A stretch of DNA of 58,535 bases from Dehalococcoidia bacterium (GCA_046483735.1 JAWOCP010000023.1:1-58535); one strand, 5' to 3'. Positions 7,876-17,043 are shown, counted from the first letter of the stretch. Program-made: numbers and translations. Notes: generated by a model from the letters alone, not told the origin.

Positions 7876-8670
7876 TCACATCAGTCCCAGGTACCAACTC
7901 AGTATGTTGCTTCCCCAGAGCAGTGTTACCATGGTCGCCACGGCGAGGAAGGGGCCGAAAGGAAGCGTCTCCCTGAACTTTCTCCTCCTGGCTATCATCA
8001 GAGAGATGGCCACTATGCTACCGATGACGGCTGCCAGAATTATGGAAAACAAGACCAGAGGAAAGCCAGTGGCCAGACCAATCAAAGCAGCCAGCTTAAC
8101 ATCCCCCCAACCCATGCCACCGCGGGAGACTATGGCGAGCAAGAAGAATATGGCAAAGCCAATGCCTCCGCCCAGAGCAGCGTTGGCCACTCCGTTGGCA
8201 ACTATCCACCGGGTTAGCCAGGGTTGCGGCACCAGAGCCAGAAGCAAGGCCACAATCATGGCAGGGTAAACTACCTTGTTGAGGATGAGCCCGTGCTCCA
8301 GGTCCACGACAAAGACTATGATGAATAGACAGGCATAGAAAGCCATAATCACGAAAGCCGCCAGCCCCAGCTCGGGGTTGAACACAACGCACCACCAGTA
8401 GAGGAAGGCGAATATCAGTCCGGTGGCAAGCTCTACCCAGAGTAACTTGGGGGATATCGCAGCCTGACAGTACCGACAGCGACCGCGGAGCCTGAGGTAG
8501 CTAAATATGGGGATGAGGTCTTCAACGGTCAGCCTGTGCTGGCAAGCTTCGCAATGAGATGGCGGACTCACAATGGACTGGTTCCGGGGCAGCCGGTCGA
8601 TGCACACATTGAGGAAGCTGCCCACTACCAGACCTATAATGGCAAACAGGAATACCCCGAGTATTTCCAC
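7876..8670 (-). CDS. prepilin peptidase (A24 family)
   Basis: GLVVGSFLNVCIDRLP, then the CxxC...CxxC box (HCEACQHRL...RGRCRYCQAAI), then a multi-TM body ending ...GWGDVKLAALIGLATG. I chose the in-frame GTG at 8670 because the ORF-track start at 9054 would run through the DUF72 gene on the other strand. Confidence 0.8.
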   Translation of the reverse strand: MEILGVFLFAIIGLVVGSFLNVCIDRLPRNQSIVSPPSHCEACQHRLTVEDLIPIFSYLRLRGRCRYCQAAISPKLLWVELATGLIFAFLYWWCVVFNPELGLAAFVIMAFYACLFIIVFVVDLEHGLILNKVVYPAMIVALLLALVPQPWLTRWIVANGVANAALGGGIGFAIFFLLAIVSRGGMGWGDVKLAALIGLATGFPLVLFSIILAAVIGSIVAISLMIARRRKFRETLPFGPFLAVATMVTLLWGSNILSWYLGLM

Positions 8671-8814
8671 GGTGTTTATTGTGGATGTATCACGGGCTGA
8701 AGTCAATACTTGCCCCGATGAAATCGGGTTGTTTTTGCCTCCTGCATTTCGGTTTTTTGTTTTATCAAGCGGATGGCTATAATGTGGTGGCCTAACATTG
8801 AAGGCGAAGGCAAC

Positions 8815-9546
8815 ATGTCGGCAAAATACCACGTCGGTTGCAGTGGCTGGCACTATGAGCACTGGCGCGGGCTTTATTACCCTGTGGAATTGCCCAGGCC
8901 TAAGTGGCTGCAATTTTATGCCCGGCAATTCGCTACTGTAGAACTGAATAATACTTTCTATCGCCTGCCTTCGGAGAAAGCTTTCACCGCCTGGCGGGAA
9001 TCCACACCCGCTGGCTTCATTTTTGCCGTCAAGGTGAGCCGGTTCATCACCCACATAAAGAGGCTGAAGAATCTGGACTCGGCGGTGGAGAACTTTTTAT
9101 CGCGGGCTGCTTTTCTGGGAGAAAAACTGGGCCCCTTGCTGTATCAGTTGCCGCCTAACATGAAGCGCAACGATGAGTTACTACAGAATTTCTTGTCTTC
9201 GTTGCCGCCAAAATATCAGCATGTAGTGGAATTTCGTCACCAGTCCTGGATTGATGACGCAGTATTCAATATTTTGCGGGAGCACAATGTCGGGTTGTGC
9301 GTTTTCGATATGCCTGGCTTCAGCTGTCCCCTTGTAGCTACCAGTGACTTCGTCTATCTCCGTTTCCATGGCGGCGAGGAGCTATACTCCAGTTGTTACC
9401 GTGACGATGAGCTTTCCCGATGGGCACAAAGAATCGCCCGGCTGGGCCAGAATACAAAAGCCGGCTATATCTATTTCAATAACGATGCCGGGGCATTTGC
9501 AGTCAGGAACGCTATCACGCTGGGGGATTTCCTAAGTATTCCTTGA
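8815..9546 (+). CDS. DUF72 (UPF0759) family protein
   Basis: MSAKYHVGCSGWHYEHWRGLYYPVELPRPKWLQFYARQFATVELNNTFYRLP is the characteristic DUF72 N-terminus. The start at ATG 8815 is preferred (GAAGG 6 nt upstream). Confidence 0.85.
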   Translation: MSAKYHVGCSGWHYEHWRGLYYPVELPRPKWLQFYARQFATVELNNTFYRLPSEKAFTAWRESTPAGFIFAVKVSRFITHIKRLKNLDSAVENFLSRAAFLGEKLGPLLYQLPPNMKRNDELLQNFLSSLPPKYQHVVEFRHQSWIDDAVFNILREHNVGLCVFDMPGFSCPLVATSDFVYLRFHGGEELYSSCYRDDELSRWAQRIARLGQNTKAGYIYFNNDAGAFAVRNAITLGDFLSIP

Positions 9547-11380
9547 CTTGTTTCGCCAATGCCAGAGTTATGCCTTTTGTCTGCCTCAGTTCCTCTAACG
9601 AAGCCTGCTTGATAGCTTCAATCGAACCAAACTTCTTCAGCAAAGCCTTCTTTCGTTCTGGGCCGATGCCCGGGATGTTATCCAGAGCGGAAGCAATAGC
9701 TTCTTTGCTTCGCAGTTTCCGGTGATAACTTATAGCGAAGCGGTGCGCCTCGTCCCTGGCTCTCTGTAGTATATGAAGGGCGGGAGAATCCCTGGCTATG
9801 TGAACAGGATTTGGCTCGTCGGCGACGAACACCTCCTCGTTTTCTTTGGCCAGGCTGACCATGGGGATAGAGTCTAGCCCGAATTCTTGCCTCAGTTTCA
9901 GGGCAGCGTTAAGTTGCCCCCTGCCGCCGTCAATAAGGACGAGGTCGGGAGATGTCCAGGCACCTTCGTCTGTCAGGCCCCGTCCGAACCTGCGCCTCAG
10001 CGTTTCCTGAAGCATGGCATAATCGTCGGCGCCAACCACCGTTCTGATGCGGAAACGGCGATAATGCGCTGGTTTGGGCAGGCCCTTTTCCAGAACAACC
10101 ATGCTGCCTGTAGCCGAAGTGCCCTGAATATTGGAGACGTCATAGCATTCTATTCTCAAGGGCATTCTGGGCAGGCGAAGTCTGTTCTTCAGCTCCTGTA
10201 AGCCGGAGTTTATTGCCTCCGCCCTCATTTGCTTGGCCTGGGCTAGCTGCAAACCTCTGGCAGCATTTTCGGCTACACTGTCGATCAGCTTCTTCTTAGT
10301 TCCCCGCTGTGGTACCTGGAGCTGTACCCTGCCCCCTCTCTGGTGCTTAAGCCATTGAGAAAGTACTGCTGGCTCATCTACCGGGTGCTGTAGCAGAATC
10401 AACGGTGGTATGTATGAAGCTGAGGCATAGTATTGTTTGACAAAGCTCGTCATTATTTCTCCGGGAGGCTCGCCATAAATGCCTTCCATAACAAAATGGT
10501 CCCGGCCAATAAGCCTGTCATTGCGAATAAGGAAGAGTTCCACGTACGCCTGCTTTTCGTTTTGTGCCAGGGCGATGATATCCTGGTCCCCCTGCAATGC
10601 TACGGCGATTCTCTGTCCCTCTATGACTTCCTCTATCGCCTTAATCTGGTCGCGTAGTAAGGCTGCTCTCTCAAATCGAAGCTGCTGTGCTGCGGCTTTC
10701 ATTTTGCTGTTCAGTTCGGCCAGAATAAGCTCCTGTTTCCCCTGTAGGAACAACATCACCTGCTCTATTACCTCGTGGTATTCCTGTTTTTCCACTGCGC
10801 CGATGCACGGTCCAAGACAACGGTGGATATAATAGTTGAGGCAGGGCCGCTTATCCCTGCCTTCGATGCGCTTGCTGCAACTGCGAAAAGGGAAGATCTT
10901 CTTTAGCAACCTCAATGTCTTGCGTACTGAGCCGGCACTGGCAAAAGGGCCGAAGTATCTGGCTCCGTCTTTCTCAACCCGGCGAGTGATGCAAACCCCA
11001 GGCCAATCTTCGTTGATGTTTATCTTGAGGTAAGGAAAAGTCTTGTTATCCTTAAGGCGCATATTGTAGCGAGGGATGTGCTTCTTTATCATGTTGCATT
11101 CCAGGATAAGTGCTTCTTGCTCCGAATTGGTGACTATGAACTCGAAATCCTGTATTTTCGCTACCAGTCTCCTTGTTTTGACAGACAGGTTAGAGGCAGC
11201 GCCAAAATAACTCCTTACCCGAGTGCTCAGGTTGGCAGCTTTGCCGACGTAAATAACCTTACCCTCTTCGTCCTTAAACAGGTAGACTCCGGGCTTGGCT
11301 GGCAAAGTTTTCAATTGCTCTGATTCCACGGCAGATTTATTGTAGCAAGCGGCTCGTATAGAGGCAAAAACAATTTGCAT
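9515..11380 (-). CDS. uvrC: excinuclease ABC subunit C
   Basis: GIY-YIG N-terminus (PGVYLFKDEEGKVIYVGKAANL), a UVR domain, an endonuclease V-like domain and a C-terminal (HhH)2. Start taken at ATG 11380; the GTG at 11329 is an alternative. The ORF-track start at 11545 overlaps the recombinase gene. Confidence 0.9.
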   Translation of the reverse strand: MQIVFASIRAACYNKSAVESEQLKTLPAKPGVYLFKDEEGKVIYVGKAANLSTRVRSYFGAASNLSVKTRRLVAKIQDFEFIVTNSEQEALILECNMIKKHIPRYNMRLKDNKTFPYLKININEDWPGVCITRRVEKDGARYFGPFASAGSVRKTLRLLKKIFPFRSCSKRIEGRDKRPCLNYYIHRCLGPCIGAVEKQEYHEVIEQVMLFLQGKQELILAELNSKMKAAAQQLRFERAALLRDQIKAIEEVIEGQRIAVALQGDQDIIALAQNEKQAYVELFLIRNDRLIGRDHFVMEGIYGEPPGEIMTSFVKQYYASASYIPPLILLQHPVDEPAVLSQWLKHQRGGRVQLQVPQRGTKKKLIDSVAENAARGLQLAQAKQMRAEAINSGLQELKNRLRLPRMPLRIECYDVSNIQGTSATGSMVVLEKGLPKPAHYRRFRIRTVVGADDYAMLQETLRRRFGRGLTDEGAWTSPDLVLIDGGRGQLNAALKLRQEFGLDSIPMVSLAKENEEVFVADEPNPVHIARDSPALHILQRARDEAHRFAISYHRKLRSKEAIASALDNIPGIGPERKKALLKKFGSIEAIKQASLEELRQTKGITLALAKQVKEYLGNPPA

Positions 11381-11398
11381 TGTGTTACAATAGTCATA

Positions 11399-12244
11399 AT
11401 GAACTCGGACGTTGAGGCCTTCCTTCAGTATTTGACCCAGGACAAGGGCTATTCCCGCAACACTGTGGCTGCCTATCGCAACGATTTGACTCAAATGGCA
11501 GCCTTTATTGCCGCAGAGCAGGGAAAGGGTATACTCCAGTCGCATGATGAGCTTCTGAAGAGCTATTTGCTTAAGCTCAGGGAGAACAGATACGCTGTGG
11601 CAACGACAGCCCGCAAGGTGGCATCAGCCAAGTCCTTCTTCAAATTTCTGGTTGATTCGGGGAAAATGAAGTTGAATCCGGCACAGAATCTACCCTCTCC
11701 TCATGTCAGCAGACGTGCACTTAAGTTCGTATCTTCGTCTGAATACCAGAAGCTGCTTGCCGAGGCAGCAAAGCTATCTACTCCGGAGGCCAAAAGGGAT
11801 GTGGTGATGTTGGAACTGCTTTATGCCACCGGTTTACGCATAAGTGAACTGGTGTCGCTGAATGTTAAGGATCTTGATTTGAAGCAAGAATGTGTGCATG
11901 TCGGCTCCGGGAGACAGGTTCCTTTCGACCATCGCCTCAGCCTGATGCTAGGAGACTTCCTCAGAAACGGTAGGCTAGATTTGTTGTATGACGAGAGCGA
12001 GGAAGCCCTATTTCTTAACCGGCGTGGTAAGAGGTTGACCCGGCAGGGGTTCTGGCAGATTATTAAGGATTATGCCTCGAGGGCAGGCCTGACCGGCAAG
12101 ATTACGCCACAGACCCTGCGTCATAGTTTCGCCAGACATAAACTACAGAATGGTGCTGACCTCCGCCAGCTCCAGCAGCTCCTGGGACATGCATATATCT
12201 CCAGTACCAGGGTTTACAGACAATCTTCATTGAGGCAGGGATAA
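11399..12244 (+). CDS. tyrosine recombinase, XerC/XerD-like
   Basis: MNSDVEAFLQYLTQDKGYSRNTVAAYRNDL is an SAM-like N-domain. The catalytic region has ...TGLRISELVSL...RHSFARHKLQNGADLRQLQQLLGHAYISSTRVY (R..HxxR..Y). Confidence 0.85.
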   Translation: MNSDVEAFLQYLTQDKGYSRNTVAAYRNDLTQMAAFIAAEQGKGILQSHDELLKSYLLKLRENRYAVATTARKVASAKSFFKFLVDSGKMKLNPAQNLPSPHVSRRALKFVSSSEYQKLLAEAAKLSTPEAKRDVVMLELLYATGLRISELVSLNVKDLDLKQECVHVGSGRQVPFDHRLSLMLGDFLRNGRLDLLYDESEEALFLNRRGKRLTRQGFWQIIKDYASRAGLTGKITPQTLRHSFARHKLQNGADLRQLQQLLGHAYISSTRVYRQSSLRQG

Positions 12245-12504
12245 TGGCGAAAAAATCACGGCGTGCCAAAGACAAACGTCGAACCGGCGCGGCAAAGGCA
12301 GTACAGGAGAGACGCCCCCAGCAACCGGAGGCAATCGCTGCCGAACCGCAATCGCCGGCCCGGGTATTGCCCAGAACCCAGGACCTGGCCGGCCGCTATC
12401 AATACGTTATGCCTGAATTGAAGCGCATCGGCATCATTGCCGGTGCCATAATCGTCGTCTTAATAGTATTGTCCTTTGTTCTTCCCTACATCCCTCATTG
12501 GTAA
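12244..12504 (+). CDS. small membrane protein with an Arg/Lys-rich N-terminus and one C-terminal TM helix
   Basis: 86 aa: MAKKSRRAKDKRRTGAAKA... then IGIIAGAIIVVLIVLSFVL. The start overlaps the recombinase stop (TAATG) and the 3' end overlaps the pcm start, so it looks translationally coupled. Confidence 0.6.
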   Translation: MAKKSRRAKDKRRTGAAKAVQERRPQQPEAIAAEPQSPARVLPRTQDLAGRYQYVMPELKRIGIIAGAIIVVLIVLSFVLPYIPHW

Positions 12505-13145
12505 AAGCGGTGGATCTAGAGCGGGTCAAAGAGAACTTAATCAGATATCTCGACCACGAAATTGCAGACAAACGTGTAATTGAGGCAATGAAACGCGTTC
12601 CGCGTGAAGCCTTTGTATCACCGGAGCAATATCGTGTTGCTTATGACGATAGACCACTGAGTATCGGATTCGGACAGACCATCTCCCAGCCGTTCATCGT
12701 GGCCATGATGGTGCAGGCCCTGGAACTGAGAGGCGATGAGAAGGTGCTGGAGCTGGGTACTGGCAGCGGCTACGAGGCAGCGATATTGGCGGAGTTGGCC
12801 CGGAAGGTGGTTACCGTGGAGTGTATACCTGAACTGGCGGAGTCAGCCAGGCTCGTTCTGGATAAGCTTGGTTATTCTAACATTGAAGTCCACGTAGCCG
12901 GCAAAGTTTTGGGTTGGCCGGAGGAAGCGCCTTACGATGCTATTATCGTTTCCGCTGGTGCTCCTGATGTCCCTGAAGTCCTTCTGGAGCAACTGGCCTG
13001 GAATGGGCGACTGGTAATCCCTGTCGGCTCTCGATGGCAACAAGAATTGCTCAGGGTCACCAGGCTCCGGACAGGCAAGGCGATAGAAAACCTGGGTGGC
13101 TGCTATTTTGTACCGCTGATCGGTGAAGGTGCCTGGGAGAAGTAA
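12498..13145 (+). CDS. pcm: protein-L-isoaspartate O-methyltransferase
   Basis: AMKRVPREAFVSPEQYRVAYDDRPLSIGFGQTISQPFIVAMM and the SAM motif VLELGTGSGYEAAILA. Confidence 0.9.
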   Translation: MVKAVDLERVKENLIRYLDHEIADKRVIEAMKRVPREAFVSPEQYRVAYDDRPLSIGFGQTISQPFIVAMMVQALELRGDEKVLELGTGSGYEAAILAELARKVVTVECIPELAESARLVLDKLGYSNIEVHVAGKVLGWPEEAPYDAIIVSAGAPDVPEVLLEQLAWNGRLVIPVGSRWQQELLRVTRLRTGKAIENLGGCYFVPLIGEGAWEK

Positions 13146-13149
13146 TAAA

Positions 13150-13223
13150 TGCCCCCAAGGGGATTCGAACCCCTGGTCTTCAGCTTGAAAGGCTGATGTC
13201 CTAGGCCTCTAGACGATGGGGGC
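13150..13223 (-). tRNA. tRNA-Glu (anticodon TTC)
   Basis: Reverse complement is GCCCCCATCGTCTAGAGGCCTAGGACATCAGCCTTTCAAGCTGAAGACCAGGGGTTCGAATCCCCTTGGGGGCA. It folds as a cloverleaf: 7-bp acceptor, anticodon loop CTTTCAA, T-loop TTCGAAT. CCA is not encoded. Confidence 0.9.
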
Positions 13224-13268
13224 AACATCCACCATTTTACGGGCAAATAGCTGAATATGCAAGGAGAG

Positions 13269-15719
13269 ATGACTGAAACAATAAAGCAATCTCTTAAGTC
13301 AGCTTCTATCAGCGTCCGCGGCATTGTCCAGGGTGTCGGCTTCAGGCCTTTCGTCTATGGTCTGGCTGTAAAACATAATCTTAAGGGACGGGTTTACAAC
13401 ACTTCTGAGGATGTCAGGATTGAGGTAGAAGGTGAAGCAGAAGCTATCGAGCAATTCGAGCTGGAGCTGCGCGCGAAAGCACCACCGTTAGCTCACATCG
13501 AGAACGTAACTATTGCCTATCATCCTCCCCTTGGTTACAGGAGCTTCGAGATCGGGCAGAGCCAGGCGCAGAAAGGGAAATACCAGCTTATCTCTCCAGA
13601 TGTTGCCACCTGCCAGGCTTGCCTTGCTGAATTGCTGAATCCTGAAGACCGGCGCTATCGTTATCCGTTTACCAACTGCACCAATTGCGGACCACGCTTT
13701 ACCATAATTGAAGATATGCCCTATGACCGCCCCAAAACAACCATGCGCCGCTTTCAGATGTGTGCCCAATGCCAGGCGGAATATAACAACCCGCTGGACC
13801 GCCGTTTCCACGCTCAACCCAATGCCTGCCCGGAATGCGGCCCGCAAGTCGAACTGGTTGATAACCGGGGTAATCCGGTAACCCCAATGCTATCGGGGTC
13901 AAATCCCATAGCTGCTGCCGGTCGATTCATCAAAGAAGGGAAAATTGTTGCCATTAAGGGCTTGGGAGGTTTCCTCCTGTCTTGCGATGCCACCAACGAT
14001 ACCGCAGTTAGGACGTTGCGGCAGAGGAAGAAGCGCTCTTCCAAGCCGTTCGCCATAATGGTTGCCACTGTGGACGAAGCTAAGGGGCATTGCTATGTCT
14101 CGCCTCAGGAAGAGGATTTGCTCGCCTCGCCTCAAAGTCCCGTCGTCCTCACAAGATGGAGGGATGGCTCATCTATATCTCGAGAGGTAGCGCCGAATTT
14201 GCAGTTCCTGGGGATTATGCTGCCGTACACCCCGCTTCACCATGTACTGCTCAGGGACACCGGCCTGCCCCTGGTGATGACCAGCGGCAATCTCAGCGAA
14301 GAACCCATCGCTAAGGACAATGATGAAGCCTTGAGAAGACTTTCCGGGATTGCCGATTACTTTCTAATCCACAATCGGGACATTTATTCCAGCTATGATG
14401 ACAGCGTTGCCGTTGTGGAAAGGGACACGAGCCAGCTTATAAGACGGGCTCGTAGCTACGCTCCCTATCCCATCCACCTCCCGTTTGAAGCCAGGCAGGT
14501 GCTTGGTTGCGGCGCTGAAGAGAAGAATACGTTCTGCCTGATAAGGGATGACCATGCCTTCCCGTCGCAGCATATCGGCGATATGGATAACGTGGAAACC
14601 CTGGAACACTTTGAGGCCACCATATCCCTGTACAAAAGGCTCTTCCATATAGAGCCTGAAATCATTGCCCATGACCTCCATCCCGATTATCTGGCCACCA
14701 GGTATGCCCGGGAACTCGGCGAGTCCGGTGTGAAGCTTGTTCCCGTGCAGCATCATCATGCCCACATTGCCAGTTGTATGGCCGACAATGGAGTGGAAGC
14801 GCCGGTGATAGGCGTTGCCTTTGATGGCACGGGGCTGGGTGCTGATGGAAATATTTGGGGAGGGGAATTCCTGGTGGTCAGCTACCACGGCTTTGACAGA
14901 GCAGGGCATCTGGAATACCTGCCTCTGCCAGGGGGGGCCGCAGCTATCAAGAGACCTTATCGCACAGCCATCGGCTATATTCTCGCCCTATTAGGAGAAG
15001 ATGTCCTCAAGGATGTCATTGCGAGTCCTCCCGATTGCATCGGGACAATCGGGGCGAAGCAATCTCAATTAGCTTCTATCGTGCCGGTTCCTGAACTTGA
15101 AGTAGAGGTCATCAAGCGTCAGATGGAGCGCAGGCTAAATTCACCGCTTAGCTCAAGCATGGGGCGTCTGTTTGACGCTGTCTCAGCCCTGCTGGGCATA
15201 AGAGGCGAGATTGACTATGAGGGGCAGGCGGCTGTGGAACTGGAGATGGCTGCTCATGCCTATTGTGGGGAAGAGATGTCTTCTGCCATTCGCAGGCCTT
15301 ACCGCAGCGGGGCGAAACGATGCGACGAGGCCATCTTGGATAATGGAGATACCTATCCATACCACATGGCGGAGGATGAGGGGATAAGAATCGTGCAACT
15401 GAAGGGCCTGCTCTCAGCCGTGATAGAAGACGTACATCGAGGCGTCCCCAGGGGGAGAATATCGATGAAATTCCACAACACCATAGCTCAGGTGGTCAAT
15501 GAAATGTGTCATTTGATAGCTGACGAGACTGGCGTCAGCCAAGTAGCCTTGAGCGGCGGCGTATTCCAGAATCGCCTCCTATCGAGAAGGACGGTCAGCT
15601 TACTGGAAAGCAGTGGTTTCCGGGTTCTTACCCACAGGCAAGTACCCTGCAATGATGGTGGCATTTCCCTGGGTCAGGCAGTTATCGCTAATTTCGCCAC
15701 CCTGGCAGAGCCCTCCTGA
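13269..15719 (+). CDS. hypF: carbamoyltransferase HypF ([NiFe]-hydrogenase maturation)
   Basis: Acylphosphatase domain (VRGIVQGVGFRPFVYGLA), two CxxC zinc-finger pairs (CQACLAEL...FTNCTNCGPRFTI; CAQCQAEY...CPECGP), a YrdC-like domain and a Kae1-like domain. ATG 13269 has GGAG upstream; 13257 is also possible. Confidence 0.9.
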   Translation: MTETIKQSLKSASISVRGIVQGVGFRPFVYGLAVKHNLKGRVYNTSEDVRIEVEGEAEAIEQFELELRAKAPPLAHIENVTIAYHPPLGYRSFEIGQSQAQKGKYQLISPDVATCQACLAELLNPEDRRYRYPFTNCTNCGPRFTIIEDMPYDRPKTTMRRFQMCAQCQAEYNNPLDRRFHAQPNACPECGPQVELVDNRGNPVTPMLSGSNPIAAAGRFIKEGKIVAIKGLGGFLLSCDATNDTAVRTLRQRKKRSSKPFAIMVATVDEAKGHCYVSPQEEDLLASPQSPVVLTRWRDGSSISREVAPNLQFLGIMLPYTPLHHVLLRDTGLPLVMTSGNLSEEPIAKDNDEALRRLSGIADYFLIHNRDIYSSYDDSVAVVERDTSQLIRRARSYAPYPIHLPFEARQVLGCGAEEKNTFCLIRDDHAFPSQHIGDMDNVETLEHFEATISLYKRLFHIEPEIIAHDLHPDYLATRYARELGESGVKLVPVQHHHAHIASCMADNGVEAPVIGVAFDGTGLGADGNIWGGEFLVVSYHGFDRAGHLEYLPLPGGAAAIKRPYRTAIGYILALLGEDVLKDVIASPPDCIGTIGAKQSQLASIVPVPELEVEVIKRQMERRLNSPLSSSMGRLFDAVSALLGIRGEIDYEGQAAVELEMAAHAYCGEEMSSAIRRPYRSGAKRCDEAILDNGDTYPYHMAEDEGIRIVQLKGLLSAVIEDVHRGVPRGRISMKFHNTIAQVVNEMCHLIADETGVSQVALSGGVFQNRLLSRRTVSLLESSGFRVLTHRQVPCNDGGISLGQAVIANFATLAEPS
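15015..15064. repeat. gtcattgcgag...cgaagcaatc repeat copy lying in-frame inside hypF
   Basis: gtcattgcgagtcctcccgattgcatcgggacaatcggggcgaagcaatc has the same ends and central cccgat..atcggg hairpin as 6034-6071. It is translated as VIASPPDCIGTIGAKQS. Confidence 0.75.
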
Positions 15720-15807
15720 GAGCTATCAGCCATCGGAGTGATTTTCGTCACCGGGTAGTGCTATAATCGCTACGGCACAAGAATCCAGGCATATTTTCCG
15801 AGGAAGC

Positions 15808-16290
15808 ATGGCAGTCTTACAGATTCGCACGTTGCCCGACCCTGTGTTGCGGCAAAAGGCCAGACGAGTAAACAAAATCGATGACTCAATTCAGAAGTTA
15901 ATCGACGATATGATTGATACAATGCGAGCTAACTCGGGTGTGGGCCTGGCGGCGCCGCAAATAGGGGTACCGCTGCGTATAGCAGTTATTGAACTGCCCG
16001 GAGAGGAAGCCATCACCTTGATTAATCCTGAAGTAATAAAAAGGGATGGCGAGCGTGTCCTGGTGGAAGCTTGCTTATCGGTGCCGGGCTATCACGGGGA
16101 GATTAAGAGGTCATGGACAGTCAAGGTCAAGGCACAGGACCGCCAGGGCAAAGAAATCCGCCTCAAAGGCGAAGACCTTCTGGCACAGGTCCTGGAACAC
16201 GAGACGGACCATCTTAATGGCACTTTGTATGTCGACCATCTGGAGAGCCCGGAAGAGCTGTACGAGAATGTGGATGTTCAGGAGATATAG
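15808..16290 (+). CDS. def: peptide deformylase
   Basis: The three signature motifs are present: GVGLAAPQIG, EACLSVPG and HETDHLNG. Confidence 0.95.
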   Translation: MAVLQIRTLPDPVLRQKARRVNKIDDSIQKLIDDMIDTMRANSGVGLAAPQIGVPLRIAVIELPGEEAITLINPEVIKRDGERVLVEACLSVPGYHGEIKRSWTVKVKAQDRQGKEIRLKGEDLLAQVLEHETDHLNGTLYVDHLESPEELYENVDVQEI

Positions 16291-16349
16291 TTGCCCGATC
16301 TACGGGGTGGGACGACGCAATCTCGAGGTCAAAGTCGAAACGCAAAGCA

Positions 16350-16405
16350 GCAAATCCTGGCGAAATCCAAATGTCAAAATCCAAATTACAATTGAAATCC
16401 AAATG
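16350..16405. repeat. aaatcc-periodic tract
   Basis: gcaaatcctggcgaaatccaaatgtcaaaatccaaattacaattgaaatccaaatg. Same family as 2104-2160 and 5874-5940. Confidence 0.65.
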
Positions 16406-16432
16406 CTTAAATGCCAAGAGTATCCCTGTTTG

Positions 16433-17017
16433 TCATTTGAACTCTGAGCTTTGTCGCGACTTCCTCGAGGATGGTCGATGCCGGGAGTAATAGTAAGCAG
16501 TATAGCCAAGAACCACCGCCGCCGCCGCAATCCCGACTACCAGCCCTGCATCGGACTCAGCTTCCGCTGCGGCACTCGTGGACACCAGCAGACGAACGTA
16601 TAACTGCACAACCAGCACGTCACTGGATTCGGCAGCGACTCCCAGCCATATCTCCCAGTCCTTGCCTGCCCATTCTTGCGCCGGTGGCACAGCTACCGTT
16701 ACCATCACAGTGGCCTCGGAATTGGGAGCCACGCCGATTACTTGAGAGGAGAAGCTTATCCAGCTATCGTGGGGGAATTCATCTCTTCCTTGCCTTCTTT
16801 CCTGTTCCGGCGGCTGAAAGGGGGTGAGAATAAAAACGTGGGCTCGTTCCTCCTGATTGTGAATGGTCAGTTCGAATTCCGCTGCCTCTCCCGGGGACAG
16901 GTTGTCTATATTCACCTCGACAGGGGCAACGGTAATGTATTGACTTGCAGTGTCAGCCAGAGCTGAAGAAGGCAGGAGAATGACCGGCAAGACTGCCAGG
17001 AACAGCGCGAATTTCAT
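16433..17017 (-). CDS. secreted beta-sandwich-like protein with a C-terminal TM anchor
   Basis: Signal peptide MKFALFLAVLPVILLPSSALA. VAPVEVNIDNLSPGEAAEFELTIHN and SEATVMVTVAVPP are typical of CARDB/NEW3/DUF916-like folds. TM segment GLVVGIAAAAVVLGYTAYYY. The last ~15 codons are encoded by a repeat related to 2196-2232. Confidence 0.65.
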   Translation of the reverse strand: MKFALFLAVLPVILLPSSALADTASQYITVAPVEVNIDNLSPGEAAEFELTIHNQEERAHVFILTPFQPPEQERRQGRDEFPHDSWISFSSQVIGVAPNSEATVMVTVAVPPAQEWAGKDWEIWLGVAAESSDVLVVQLYVRLLVSTSAAAEAESDAGLVVGIAAAAVVLGYTAYYYSRHRPSSRKSRQSSEFK

Positions 17018-17043
17018 GTGTCTCTAACAATCAGTGTTGCCGC

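Noticed and set aside
8671-9054. Long N-terminal extensions offered by the ORF track for the prepilin peptidase (start 9054), uvrC (11545), oppD (27748), secY (39786), rpsD (35697), infA (36887), fusA (50470) and rplM (33041)
   Set aside because: The extensions overlap neighbouring genes, lack family similarity and have odd composition. Internal starts reproduce the conserved N-termini.
11399-12244. The tyrosine recombinase as a marker of an integrated mobile element
   Set aside because: It has XerC/XerD-like domain organisation. It is translationally coupled to downstream housekeeping genes (small membrane protein, pcm) and shows no flanking att-like direct repeats or cargo genes. It is most simply the chromosomal dimer-resolution recombinase.
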